Positions 1 through 13,754 of a stretch of DNA of 64,000 nt are shown one piece after another. Source of the stretch: Octopus vulgaris (Eukaryota); contig OX597816.1 of the NCBI GenBank assembly GCA_951406725.2, positions 110,050,001-110,114,000 on the forward strand, given 5' to 3'. Below the pieces are notes generated by a model. The model made no database searches. It worked only from the letters and a program-made list of their open reading frames with translations, and was not told the DNA's origin. Position numbers and translations under genes: made by a program. The stretch's first letter is position 1. Each line of letters starts with the position of its first letter.

Positions 1-909
1 TGCAATTTATTCTAAATAAATACTCACTAGCTATGTCAGGCAGGAGCGAATAAGACGAATGCAGTAAAGGTATATAATTACTGACAACATTCACAAAATA
101 TATATCAATAAGCATTTTCACTTCTTATTGTTAACGTTACAGCTTTATCCGCTGTAGTTTATAATGCTTGTTGAAGGACATAAATAATCTAAAATTCATC
201 ATGAAAAAATAAAATATACAAAAAGGACAAATTTTAGCTGAACGCATTAAAATAAAGAAATATTGTTAAATAAGATGAGGCACAATACTATCTGCCTGTG
301 TCTAAAATGTCGGCATCCCAACGACATGATTTCATTGAAATTTAAAAGCCGCTAATCAAATAAATAAATAAATAAATACAAATATAAAAAAAAACAAAAC
401 TATGAATATCAACAAAGATAAAAATCAAATCTGACTTCAATAACTTTACATCAAAGATAATTGAAACTGTGTGCACACAGAGAATAAGAGACCGTTTATT
501 CATGTTAGAATTTGATGCGACTGAACCAACATAGGATAGGGAATATTTCCCATCGTTTATTCTGCAAGACACAAGGCACAAATATCTGTCAAGAATAAAT
601 AATCTCTTGCAAAGCGGAGGCACCTATGGAGACAAAGCCATAGATTAATTATGTCGAAGGAAAATATGTCTGCAGGTGGAGAACGCTTCAAAAGTCTGTT
701 CCATTAACAAAAAGCGGGATAAAAGAAATAAGATTTCTGCGAGAAATTGTCCGCAAGACATATGTTTGTAATAAGTAAATGCCTGTAGGAATTTATTTTA
801 GCTTTTCTTGCATCACAATTTATTATTGATCTATTGCAAGACGTAGCAAACAAGAAATCTCAGAGAAATGCCCAGCCCCCCCCCTATATATATACATATA
901 TATAAATAC

Positions 910-960
<51 letters not shown>

Positions 961-3549
961 GCAGTTTAACGCAGGTGTAATTCAAATACTTTTACTTCCG
1001 ACACATGTTTCGAAGTGTTGTGTTAAGAACCAACAAAAAGAGGACAAATATCCGTCAAATGTAAATAATGTAAATAATGTGCAAACCCTGTTCTTGTAGT
1101 ATGTTTCAGAGGAATTTTGGTTTCGTTTCTAAGTAGTGGGTGATATACCTTAAATATTTACCGTATCAATCTTGCGTTCCTTGGCGGATTTACGTTTGAG
1201 CCTTTGTTTTGACAGTTAATTCGCTGTTAACATTCTTTTTGTCTCATTATGCATATGCTATTTAAGATTATATCGCTTAGCCTTAGAGTTTAGAAATATT
1301 CTGCATATACTATTAGAATCGTATACTAATTAATGGTTCAGTAGGTCTAGGAGAATAATGGAAAATTGATCTTGCATGATTTCTTGATAAATATGTACAA
1401 CCGTTCAGATTGTAAGCATATTTATATCCTTTTAATTAGTTTCCATTTTAAAAACTGTAAGTTTAAGAGCATTTCACATTCTATCTGTTTATAAATATTT
1501 TAATGAATTTTGTTTATGGTCTAGTATTAGCTTCTTTGTCATTTTAAAATTTCTCTTTCATCTCTTTTCTTTGATGTTTTCCTTATTTTTACATGGTACT
1601 TGAAAAACGGTTGGGGTAGACGAGCAGATTTGTGTTTTAAATGTATAAAATATTACAAGATAATAAATATATCATAAATATTTTATGTGGAAAATACAAG
1701 ATAAAATAATTGGCTGGTGAGGAAGGGTCGAGTGCAAGTCCAAATTCTTATGAAAGACGAGTGACAGAAAGATAGATAGATAGAGAGAGAAAGGGAGAGA
1801 AGAGAAAGAGAGAGGGGGTTCTTTGTCCGGGTTCTTTGTCAATCAAATTACAGCTACACGCCAGACCTAATTAAACCTTCTGCTGTGCTGGTGATACTTG
1901 CGGTAGACGGTTGACAAAGGTCGTCGAACAAATCTGGCATTACATGCACATTTGGTAAGCAGACTATAGAAACCAAGCCATCTGTTCCTCATGCAGCCAG
2001 CCACCGTTTTCTATATTGGTGTATCTGTGATCAGTTTCGTCTCTTCGCGTAATAGAGGCGGCACATTAATTAACCTTGCACTCACAGCCTCCTTGCCTTT
2101 GGGCATAACATTATTCGCGTGCCGATATCGCTGCAAACATATTGGTATCGATAGCTATCGCATACACAACATATTTCTATCTTAAATGTCCTCAAATCTA
2201 CTCGCAAACTGTCATAAAATTGAAAAAGTCAGAGCGGTTTTTGTGAAACTTTTGCGCGCGATATTCCTATGTGCTATCTATCACCCACACTGCCCTAGTT
2301 GGCATGCGATATGCCGTTTGAATTCTACCATAACACTGAGGAGAGGGATTTATACAAGAGAAATTCTATGGTGAAAACAGATAAAAGTGTGAATATAATA
2401 TATCGTCAGCCACCAGTAAATAGCCATATTCATTCATATAGTTCACATTTGCGAAATTATGAATTTTTTGTAACCCCTCTACCTGTCCCCGATTGTTTAT
2501 ATTTAAAAATTAGCATATTGGAAATCCTCAGAATGTTATGGCTAGCGTTTATCCACAGTAATTTTAAAAAAAGAGTTATGTAAACGATAATTAATTTTAA
2601 TCGCATACTTTTAGAAAATGTTTTTTTCTTACGCACACACGGCTTCGCTTGATTGAAGTGGGGTAAAATTTTGATTACAATTTATTTTATTGTTTATATA
2701 CCACCAATGGACAACGCGTGTCTTACTTCGACATCATTCCATAAAATGTGTTTAATGGGGGAAAATATTGAAAAAACAGCAATATGTATGAGAATGAAAG
2801 CGGATGGTGTTTTAGGTTCTACTTGAAACAACAGCGAAACCCCCCTTGTATTGTTCACCTTTTCCTCTGAAAATATTTACAATGTTTATTTGTTTTTTTA
2901 CCGAAAAGTCTTCCCCCAGGGTTTTTCAGTTAAAACGAGAAAATCGGTCCTGATAGTTATTATTGTATGACATATTGCGTTCCAAATAGCCATAAGAGCG
3001 AAATCACTTTAAAATACTTTTACAAAAATCACACAGGTATATTAAAATAGTTTCATTCACTAAATAATGTTTTTACATTAGTAGAATTAACGGTCGGTTT
3101 TCCAAAGAGCAAATTCAAATTGAAATCAAAACATTGAAATAGAGAGTGGGAGACTTTGCAAATGAAAATGAAATAATCTGCAAGTAATGCAACGAATTTA
3201 TGAAAAATTGGTGTTCAAAACTCCAACAAAGTTTAGAAATAGAAATAATACAAAAATGTTTGGAATATGAATTACAATAATAATTGCTTTTTTAGTACGT
3301 TTTGTAGCTGCTACATACATAATTAATAAGCAGTCTTTCATATTATAATATAGATATTTCTCTTTATAATATTATATTTATATTAGAGTTATAGCATGCA
3401 TTCTTACACACCATGACCCGAAAATATTTCTTTATTGTATATATATAATATTGGATCGATTATTGTGGCAATATATATATATATATATACACGTACATAC
3501 ATATATGCATAAGTTAGGTATGTATGTATATATATGTATGTATATGGTA

Positions 3550-5790
3550 GTTGTCTTCTCCTTATACAGAATTTGACCACCTTAGCACCATCATGTCGTC
3601 TGATGTGGCGTTTTAAACCAGACAATGTTCTGAAAAGAAACCTACATAGATTGCACTTCTGAGTTGGACCACCAAGACCTGCAGTTAAATTCTGCTTCTT
3701 GTGGATCTTAAAATGTCTTTTGAGGCCTCCAATGGATTTGCAGTGTATATCAGAAAGTCTGCAAATCCAACGGAAGCCTCAAAAGAACCCCATTTCATTT
3801 TACAAATGCGATGAAGACTTCTGTACAGATTCCATCAGAGCTTCGAAATTTATTGTTATTCAGCCTATTCACAGCTAAATAAATTTTATCTCTTCCATAA
3901 CTAGAATGTGTTCCATTTTTCTATCATCCTCATGTCAACGGATGATGGTCTTTTCAAAAGTGCAAAAAAGTGATCTACCCAAAGCTTATGAAAAGAATCG
4001 GCGCCAGCGAGAAGAAAACGGCCATTTGCTGTTCTCACTAGAGCTATTGAAGAAGAATTAGGGTCATATAACTCCTTAACGTTAGAGTACAAACCCATGA
4101 CATCATTTCTATCATCTGCTTCTTGTATCCCTTTTGTTCTATCATTCCACGATTCCTGTTTAATTTTCCTTGGAGCAGTCTGCAGTTTCCTTTTCAGCTT
4201 TCAATAAGCTTCGTTTGAGTTGGGGATTCAAGTACTGAGGAAGAAGTGTATTGCCTACGTTCTGTTTTTCTAAAGGTATATCATGAATTTCTGCTGATCT
4301 ATCTGAGAACCAGTTACTTGACTTATGTGATTTAAATCCCAATGACAAACTTGCAGTCTGAAATCCTTTTGTTTGGAATCTTCCCATAGATTGTTTTGGT
4401 CAAGATTGATACTTTCTAAAGCATCGTGGAATCTTTGCAAGTTACTTGGTAATTCAAAGTTTGCAACATTTACCTCTTTGGATACCTTAGGATCAGACTG
4501 TCGATTTTTAGGTATTATCGAAAAATCTATTTTCCCACGCACTAGATTATGGTCAGTCCAGCTCTCTGCAACTCTCACAACCCGAACGCTAGAAATGCCT
4601 TTCATATCACGTTTTCACATCAGAGTATAATTTATGAGATGCCAGTACTTAGATCTTGGGGTATCCAGGTGGTTTTATATTTCTTTTTCTGTTTAAAGAG
4701 CGTGTTGTTGATAACCAGATTATTCTCAGTGCAAAAACATCAACAGAGCTACTCCATTTTTATTGCATTTTCCAATCCCATATCGACCTAAAAGAAGCCA
4801 TGAAACATAGTCGTTTATAGCTCTTGAATTGAAATCTCCCAATATGACCAGCTTGTCAGAAATGGGTACTTTCCTCAATAATTATGCTAGATCATCATAA
4901 AACTGTCCTACAGTTTCATCAGAATGGCACATTGTTGGAGCATAAATACTGACAACGGTAAGAAACCTACCTTTTGTCAGTTTAATACGGCATAACATGA
5001 TCCGTTCAGATATACCACTTGGAAGCTCTGCAATGGAGGATACTAATGTACTTTTGAGAGCAAACCCAACACCAGATTCTCTACACTGACCCTTCGGTAG
5101 GCTTCTCCAAAAGATAGTATATCCATAACTAGGTCCATTTACTTGACCCTCACCAGCGATGAACTTCAGAGCGCGCAACTATATTAAGGAAATATTTCTT
5201 CAGCTCATACTCAATAAGTGAAGTACGCCTTTCTAGTCTCTTGTTGAAATTAACATCAAGAAGAGTGCGCACATTCCAACAACCGAAATTCAAATGATGT
5301 TCATTTTTACTTTTTCTTGAAGATTATTTGGCCACAGTGGCAGGATTCTGACCGCATTCAGCCTGTGATACACTGGGACACCTACCGAGCCAGACCTGCT
5401 TTTTTGCCATTTACTGAATGAGTTTGAGACATTTTAGAGTAAGTTACAAGTGCACTTTTAGGTTTCTGCCAACCAACCAATTCAATGATTTTATTAAGAT
5501 TTGGTGTAGAGGAAGTATCTGTGCAGATGAATAAGTTTCAGTGGGTGTAGTTTGCACTGCTCTACCCCCACCTATTGGCCCATAAAGAAATTCACCGGTG
5601 TGACATGAAAACTTCCACGGCCTCAGGTTTTATTTCAGAGAATTTCCTCTCCTAGGTAGATTACCAACCAAGATTAAGGAGATTCTACTTGCCCATGTGG
5701 TAAGTTATCCCATTTCAGATACCAAACTGACACTCAAGCACTCTGTAAAGTGATCAAATATCACTCCGGTGACCGACGAGGAGTAGCTCA
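3550..5790 (-). mobile_element. RTE-clade non-LTR retrotransposon, decayed, RT domain internally deleted
   Basis: Minus strand encodes APE endonuclease motifs (FGCWNVRTL; ESGVGFALK; VSIYAPT; LVILGDFN; WTDHNLV). The linker ...AVNRLNNNK..SDGICTEVF jumps at ~3815 straight into C-terminal zinc-finger-like segments (CKSIGGLKRHFKIH; CNLCRFLFRTLSGLKRHIRRH). RTE-type 5' UTR motif ctacctaggagaggaaattctctgaaataaaacc at ~5625-5660. TA/TACA-rich tail at ~3470-3545. Many stops and frameshifts. Confidence 0.85.
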
Positions 5791-5972
5791 TTCATTAAAA
5801 AAAGAAAGGTAGGATATGTGATTTGCAAATGTAAATAAGAATTATATATAAATATAAAAATGTTAAATATATGCAATATATATATATATATATATACATA
5901 AAATTTTTTTTAAAAATGATACTGTGAATGAAAAAGAATTACATACAAAATAATATTGTATAAAGAATATAG

Positions 5973-6011
<39 letters not shown>

Positions 6012-6013
<2 letters not shown>

Positions 6014-6130
6014 CCGAAATTGCGAAGATGATCCGGTTCTTGACCGATGATTGAGGGCTTCGAATGTCCCGGCCGTGTTTTTTTGTGTCGTCTTCTAAAT
6101 GTTTCACGTTCTTGTCCCAGTTTGTATATA
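6012..6130 (+). repeat. Short interspersed repeat family X (copy 1, partial) between (TA)n tracts
   Basis: gccgaaattgcgaagat...cgaatgtcccggccgtgttt...gttcttgtccc aligns by eye with the reverse complements of 35035-35310 and 58625-58790. Confidence 0.6.
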
Positions 6131-6143
6131 TTTTTTTAACTTT

Positions 6144-6189
<46 letters not shown>

Positions 6190-6415
6190 TACATATGTAA
6201 AAAGATATATACATATTTACAGACATTTTGTTGGATGGCCGCTGAATGTTCAGGAGTTCAGGCGTTCATCCGCCCTTTGACGGGTCTTATTTTGTGTTCA
6301 ACAACACCCTCCTCTCCAAGCAAACCTGGTGGGGTTGCAGTTTAGTCACCGACGACCCGACCATGTGACAGGTTGTATTGGATAACATGATAGCAGTAGC
6401 ACTCAAGAGCGACCT

Positions 6416-6449
<34 letters not shown>

Positions 6450-6532
6450 GGTCCCGGGTTGATTCGGGGTTAACCACAGTAAGTAAGGTACTCAATACAT
6501 AGCAGAGTAAAATTAATTTATTATATAGAAGG

Positions 6533-6583
6533 AGCTTCTACAGGACTAGTACTGTTTCATTCAAGAGAAATCTTCAGGAAGCT
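6533..6583 (-). ncRNA. Type I hammerhead ribozyme (predicted)
   Basis: Reverse complement reads AGCTTC-CTGAAGA-TTTCTCTTGAAT-GAAA-CAG TACTAGTC CTG-TA^GAAGCT. 6-bp helix I, CUGAnGA core, helix II TTC/GAA with U.U at its base, GAAA, helix III ACAG/CTGT with palindromic ACTAGT in the loop, GUA cleavage triplet. Confidence 0.85.
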
Positions 6584-7954
6584 ATTTAACAAGAATTGTA
6601 TTAGCATTTATACATTTAGGCAGGTTTAAAGGAGTGGTGGTGGGGGACTTTTTTGGGGGTAGGCATAGCGCAAAATATCATACTTGGGGGAGTGGTCAAG
6701 GAGTCAGTGGTAAGTTAGATGAAAGAATAGATAAATAAAAAAATATAAAAAAATAATAAAAAAATAAAAATATGTATAGACTAGCCTCCTAAAGTGTAGA
6801 CACGAATCTGTAGGTACGAGTACGTATGTGTATATACGTGAACGTATGTAGATGTTTGTATGTATGAATATAACGCGTGCGTACGTGTATGTGTATGAGT
6901 GTATGAATGGGTGAATGTACGTGCTAATGAGTGTGCGTGCGGGAATGAGTACTTGCCTTCTAGTAGACAGACAAATGGACATGCTGCCATAGCCAGGATC
7001 CTTAGCTCTAGCGATCAAAGATAACAAAAGTAATAAATGAAGATAATAAAATTAAAATTAGGGAATGGGCCTGTATTGGATTGTATATATATATGTATAT
7101 ATATATATATATGTATGTATGTGTGTATGTGTAGGTATGTATAGGTACACATGTGTATGTGTGTGTGTATGTATATGTGTATATGTATGTATGTGCACAC
7201 ATGTATATATATGTATGCGTGTATATGTATATATATATATATATGTGTATATATATATATATATATGTACATATGTGTATGTGGGTGTATGTGTATATAT
7301 AGGTGTAAATATATAAATATATGTATATAGGGAACTAGGTGTGTTGTGTGTGCATGAGTGTATGTGCGTATGAATATATATTTTTCTGTGTATATATGTA
7401 TGTGTGGTCGTGTGTATATATATACATGTGTGTATGCGTGCATGCATGGGAGTGAGTGTATGCATATATACGTGTGTGTATGTGTAGACAGGTATATGCA
7501 TGTGCATGTGTATAAATTTGTATATGTGGGCGGGTGTATGTATGTGTGTATGTAGATATGTATGTATATGTGTATATATGTATATGTGTATATGTATGTA
7601 TATATATATATATATATATATGAGTATATATGTGTGTGTGTAGATACGTATACATGTGTGTATAGGTACAAGTGAGAATCTCCTTATTTACCTATAACTC
7701 TATCCCCCCTTTTTTTTTTATATTTATATATATATATTTTTTTATATATATTTTTTAATTATATATTTTTTTATTTTTTTATTATTTTTTAATATTTTTT
7801 TATTTATCTATTCTTTCATCTAACTTACCACTGACTCCTTGACCACTCCCCCAAGTATGATATTTTGCGCTATGCCTACCCCCAAAAAAGTCCCCCACCA
7901 CCACTCCTTTAAACCTGCCTAAATGTATAAATGCTAATACAATTCTTGTTAAAT

Positions 7955-8005
7955 AGCTTCCTGAAGATTTCTCTTGAATGAAACAGTACTAGTCCTGTAG
8001 AAGCT
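7955..8005 (+). ncRNA. Type I hammerhead ribozyme (predicted), identical inverted copy
   Basis: agcttc ctgaaga tttctcttgaat gaaa cag tactagtc ctg ta gaagct read directly on the + strand. Confidence 0.85.
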
Positions 8006-8016
8006 CCTTCTATATA

Positions 8017-8074
<58 letters not shown>

Positions 8075-8123
8075 ATATATATACATATGTATATATATAT
8101 ATAAATATATATATATATGTATA

Positions 8124-8224
<101 letters not shown>

Positions 8225-9474
8225 GTATGTATGTGTGTATGTTTGTGTATTTATGAACACATGTATCCATATATCGAAATATGTTAATCATTTGTAGCAA
8301 AGTCACTTTAAGTCACAGGTTCTCGTGAATAAGTAGAGATTAACAATGATGCATAGACTATTGAAGACCTAAACATGATGCGAACTTCTCAAATTTGGCT
8401 GTTGACCAAGAAGCATCCAGTCTGCGTTTCATAATTACTATAAGAAGAAATTATGCCAAACGAAATTGCATAGAATAGACTGTACACGTTTTAATTGTAT
8501 TCATTTTGGGAGTTGGAAGTAGCGCAAGCAGAGGTGCCTTTCAGGAATGCTTAAATAATTTTCGGCCAGCAGATGTTGTCTTATCATGTTTGACAATGAC
8601 AATTCCTTAAAGTTAATTTTCCTTATTTTTATAAGGGGTGCTATGGTAATTAAAGAAAATAATTTTCAAGGTATACATATTAATTATGTATCTCCTACTT
8701 CAAAATAAACACGTTTAGAGCTTGTTGCGAGTGGCAAATATATACTATACTATATACCCCTTGCATTGTTCATATACTCTCCACTACACTTTCAATGCTA
8801 AAACATTCTACTAAACCTTTCTTTTTTTAGTGAACTCTCTAAAATCCCACTCTGATATCACTTTATTAGATCAGATATAAACTACCACGATACCGACTCT
8901 TTCTCTACAATCTTTTTCTTCTTCATATGCACACAATATAATCTACTGTATTACACTTAATTCAAACGAATTGTTTCCTCTACAAAATTATGATGATAAA
9001 TATGCCTAATGCTGCTTTACTTTCTATCGAATTATTAACGTTTTAAAATACTGATATCTAAAGGCATTTGCGAGTTCGTTATTAACCTATTTACTCATTC
9101 ATAATTACTTCTCTCCTAACACAAAACACATTGTATTATTGTTATGATCAAGGTGCTGTACATATTAAAGATTTCCCTGTAGGAAACAAGATCTGAAATC
9201 ATTGTACGCGAGAAAACAATATTAAATGTGTATATTGTCCTTCTTTTCAATATAATCTAAGTCAGAATGACATTTAGTTAATTAATTATTCATTAATTAA
9301 TGTCTTATACAGCATGATACCGTGACAATTAATAATTTCCGAGAAAAAATTTATAACAATTCTCATTACTGCAAAATAATCTAGTAATTTAAATATTTTC
9401 TTAAAAGGTTGTATTTCATTTTTTAAAAAAGCATAGAACTCCAGGCAAAATTAAATTTTCAACATAAGAAATAC

Positions 9475-9547
<73 letters not shown>

Positions 9548-9560
9548 TGATGATAAAATA

Positions 9561-9598
<38 letters not shown>

Positions 9599-9639
9599 AA
9601 TGATGATGACAATAATAATAACGATAATAATAGTAATAT

Positions 9640-9775
9640 ATTCTTTCTACTATAGGCACAAGGATTGAAATTTGGGGGCGGGGTAAATCCATTGCATCGA
9701 CCCCAGTAATCGACTGGTAGTTAGCATATCAACCGCGAAAGGATGAAAGGCAAAGTCGACCTAGGCGGAATTAAT
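9640..9775 (-). mobile_element. SINE family B fragment
   Basis: ccccagt...ctggta...cgaaaggatgaaaggcaaagtcgacct.ggcggaatt is the reverse complement of the family-B core at 16517 and 43798. Confidence 0.75.
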
Positions 9776-10193
9776 ACTAACAAGTGCTCTTATGCATTAC
9801 CAAGCAGTGGCTGTCATGAGTTCTGCTCTGAATTGATTCGCGTGTTAGCATGCACGTGTTTGGTCTTGGTGTAAAAGATGGGCTACAACAAATATCCTGC
9901 TCAGCAATATATATTTGATTGTCAGTTGCTTGACCTTAACCAGTTGAGCATGAACCTTAAGTCTGACAACATGTGCATCTCTGATCGTGAGCAGGAGTAG
10001 TGGGGGAACATGATAACCAGGTGTTGAGAGGGTATCTTTGTGGTTTGAATAATTCACATCTGGAGACGTAGCTGTTTCGTCGATCATATTTAGACAACAC
10101 TTATCTTTCCAGCAAGATGGTCTACTCAACCTGAAAACAAATTGTAACTAGGCCCCACGTGCATGGTCGTGCACCTGCTCTCTTACTCAGTTA

Positions 10194-10295
<102 letters not shown>

Positions 10296-10384
10296 TAAAA
10301 TAATTTATGAAACATATTTGCTTACATATACATACTACACACTTATTCCCACACGTATGTATTGTTTTGTTTTTGTTTTTGTTT

Positions 10385-10595
10385 TTCCAGTTTCAGCTCT
10401 TGAGCTGTGGCCATGCTGGGGCACCGCCATTGTGGTGAAAGAGTACAGCAGGGATCACCACCCCCTGCCGGAGCCTCGTAGAGCTTTTAGGTGTTTTCGC
10501 TCAATAAACACACACAACGCCCGGTCTGAGAATCGAAACCGCGATCCTGCGACCACGAGTCCGCTGCCCTAACCACTAGGCCATTGCGCCTCTAC
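10385..10595 (-). mobile_element. tRNA-headed SINE family C
   Basis: Minus strand has an A box (tggcctagtggttagg), a B box (ggtttcgattct) and a 3' tail ggcggtgccccagcatggccacagctcaagagctgaaac shared with the CR1-like LINE end at 46933. Confidence 0.75.
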
Positions 10596-10632
10596 ATATA
10601 CTATAAAATATTTATTTGTATATGTATATATA

Positions 10633-11746
10633 CAGGATTTGGACAAAATAATGCAAACATCTAGCATCATAGCATCATAATTATGAAATATCTATAAAAC
10701 AGTGAAAAGCTTGTTTGTTTTTATGTTTTTTGATTTGTTATTAGTGTTGCTTAATATGTTTTTCTAAAATTGCTATTTCTTTTTAGATATCATCAGAAAA
10801 AGACAATTGAAATTCATTAAAGTGGCAAATCTATCGGACATTCAAAGCGGTCAAATTGTTGGTGCTCGTATGGCAGGCGCTAGCGTAACAAAAACAGCCG
10901 AAATGTTTAGTGTATCAAGAAGTACTGTCACGAAAGTAATAACAACCTTTGACAAAGAGGGAAAAGCATCCTCGTCGAAACAAAACTCCAGAAGCAAACT
11001 AAAACCTTCAGATAGGTTTAACGCAAATTGTTAAAAAGGAGCACAAAAGTACAACTCCCAAAATTACTGCAAAGCTTAATAACCACCCCGAGAACCCAGT
11101 TTCCACAAAAATACTCGGACGATTCATCATTTACCTTATTTCCGACCACTGGCCAAGTATACGTGTGGAGACAGCTAAAAGAAGCGTTTGACCAAGACTG
11201 CTTTCTTCCAACTGTTAAACATGGAGGAGGATATGTGATGATCTGGGGGACTATATCTTGGAAATACGCCGACTCAATGGTTTCCCTTCATGACAGAATT
11301 AATAGTCAAGACTATTTAATCATTTTATCTGATCAAATTCATTCTATGTTTGCGTAACTGTTTCCGGAGGGAAACGCAGTCTTTCGGAATGATAATGCAG
11401 CAATTCACATAGCTAAAGGTGTTACTGAATGACACGAGGAACATTCTAGTGAAGTTGAACATCTTATCTGGGTACCACAGTCTCCAGATCTCACTATCAT
11501 TGAAAATTTATGGTGTATTTTAGAAAACAAGAAAGGAGTCAATATCCTCCACCGTCATCACTACAAGAACGGGAGACTGTTCTAGCTGAAGAATGGACAC
11601 AAATTTATTTGGAAACAATTCAAACTTTGTGCAATCCATACCTCGTAGAATTCAAACTGTGATTACTGACAAAAGGGGCCCAACCCCATATTGAAATACA
11701 TTTGTTTGAAATTTTAAGGTGTTTCCATTATTTTGAACAACGTCTA
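10633..11746 (+). mobile_element. Tc1-family DNA transposon, decayed transposase
   Basis: Imperfect TIRs (caggatttggacaaaataatgcaaaca / tgtttccattattttgaacaacgtcta) in TA context. HTH GQIVGARMAGASVTKTAEMFSVSRSTV; SDDSSF; PTVKHGGGYVMIWG; NDNAAIH; WVPQSPDLTIIENLW. Internal deletion and stops. Confidence 0.9.
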
Positions 11747-12529
11747 TATGTATGTGTGTGTGTAATATAGAAATTTTAGATATGCACACACATATAATCA
11801 GACATACATGATTATATAAGTATGTAAAAATATACAGATGTACGTATACATAAAACAAATATAAAAAAAGAATCTGTCTATATGTGTTGTTTCACTGAAA
11901 GTGGTGTTTTGGGATCTTATCGGTTTGGCTGCCAGTATCAATTCTGTTCGAATTGATTTCATATTCAGTGTAATGATACACATTAATAGCCTAATTAACG
12001 ATGTAAAAGTAATTTTCTCTATAAATCAGTAAATAAAGAGTTATTAGCAATTAAGTTTGGAAATTTTGGTGAATTTAGCCAATCGTAAGCCACAAGCACA
12101 TTTATGTCTGTTTCGATAGTAAGAAGCCGAACATAAGTGTTCATTTGTCTCCCAACTTGCTTGTTGTCATAGTAACAAGCTAATCCGGGCAATCTTTGAA
12201 AAGTCTTTTATCTGCAAGAAAGCACGCGTTGACAATTTTAACGCTATGTTCGGTGTTCTGTGTAATTATGGCAGCAAGCTCCAGCAACTTCGATTCTCCG
12301 ATGGAAATATTTAAAATAGAGGAAGATATGTTAAAGATTAAAAGCGAAATTTAAATGTTTGTCTTTTTTATTCTTAGATATTTGTTTTTTAAGCATATTT
12401 TGTTCACTGTTATGTTCATGTATAGCATATAAACATGTACTTCTGGAAATTTGTCAATTTATGAGATTTTGCAGGCACATTTATAAATTAACATTTATAA
12501 ATTAAAATTATAAATTAACATTTATTAAA

Positions 12530-12676
12530 GATGCAGGAGTGGCTGTGTGGTAAGTAGCTTGTTTACCAATCACATGGTTCCGGGTTCAGTCCCACTGCGT
12601 GGCACCTTGGGCAAGTGTCTTCTACTATGGCCTCGGTGAGTGGATTTGGTAGACGGAAACTGAAAAGAAGACCGTC

Positions 12677-12739
<63 letters not shown>

Positions 12740-12975
12740 TGTGTGTGTTTGTGTGTCTGTGTTTGTCCTCCTAGCATTGCTTGACAACCGATGCTGGTGT
12801 GTTTATGTCCCCGTTACTTAGCGGTTCGGCAAATGACACCGATAGCATAAGTACTGGGCTTACAAAAGAATAAGTCCCAGGGTCGAGTTGCTCGATTAAA
12901 GGCGGTGCTCCAGCATGGCCGCAGTCAAATGACTGAAACAAGTAAAAGAGTAACAGAGTAAAAGAGTAAAGAGAG
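12530..12975 (+). mobile_element. tRNA-derived SINE family A (octopus-type) with internal (TA)n/(TG)n
   Basis: Head gcaggagtggctgtgtggtaag...gggttcagtccc (A/B boxes) and tail ggcggtgctccagcatggccgcagtcaaatgactgaaac. Five copies in the window. Confidence 0.9.
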
Positions 12976-13665
12976 TAACATTTATTTACACATAAGAAAA
13001 TTACCGGAGAACTTTCATCTAATTCTTCCAAATCGTTCTGTTAAAAATTGTAATGTGTTTATCGCGTGTAACGTGTTGTTTATCGCATTTGCATTAAATG
13101 CATATGATTGTTAACTCGTTTTTATGCCAAACTTTTAAATTTTTGGTAAGCTTTAATTTTTGAAAAGTTGGCAGCCAAACGGATAAGATCCGCGATATTC
13201 TCTGTTTTTGAGCATAGAGCGGTGGCGTGTTCATTGCATAGAGAGCAGAATGTAAGGACAAGCGCAAGTGTATGGAAGAAAAGGGGAAAAATAGGTACCG
13301 TACAATATAGTAGACCCGTGAATTTTCTCACTGATGCTATATCGCAACGTGTATCCAGGGTGAAATTTTAGGTCGTTATCTGAAAATCTAGATAATCCGT
13401 AGTTGCTAACTAAATCAATGATTATACTAAACTTTGCGTATTATACTGGGCAAACGAGCATTTCATTGCATGCATGCATATTTCTCTTGTTTTCGAGAAT
13501 TTATTAATGATCCGTTGCCTGGTCAACTAAAGAAAAAAAAACTATTAATCTGAGCATAGTCTGCACTTCCATTTTCCTTTGCTGTCATTTGTTATATACT
13601 TAACGAACCCTGAGGAATTTCTGAGGTAGATCCTGCGAGATTTGTGTAAATACCGTGGATATATG

Positions 13666-13729
<64 letters not shown>

Positions 13730-13754
13730 GCATATATTACAATAATATATTACA

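Larger units (their letters stand above)
6447..8021. mobile_element. Foldback (inverted-repeat) non-autonomous element with a hammerhead ribozyme in each arm, Penelope-like
   Basis: 6517-6772 is the near-perfect reverse complement of ~7765-8021 (~255 bp arms). The spacer is mostly (TG/TA)-rich. Both ends abut (TA)n. Confidence 0.8.

Noticed and set aside
960-1760. Possible decayed Penelope end with GAAACATGTGTC (minus, ~998-1012)
   Set aside because: The GAAA/palindrome half is present but no CUGAnGA lies at a workable distance, and coding similarity is too weak to support.
2020-2065. Minus-strand stem followed by GAAACTGATC
   Set aside because: No CUGAnGA upstream of the stem.
2200-3360. 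Possible non-autonomous Helitron/Helentron-like element (also 47040-47420)
   Set aside because: Only a general compositional resemblance; no definable termini or second copy in the window.
5755-5795. HDV-like loop word TCCTCGT at the RTE 5' end (minus)
   Set aside because: P1/P2/P3 pairings could not be built.
7008-7671. Long Y/I/H/T-rich ORFs (also 24778-25235, 32673-33492, 44429-44775 and many others)
   Set aside because: They are translations of (TA)n/(TG)n/(ACT)n microsatellites, which lack stop codons; not genes.
10520-10595. tRNA gene
   Set aside because: The A/B boxes belong to SINE heads; no complete cloverleaf.
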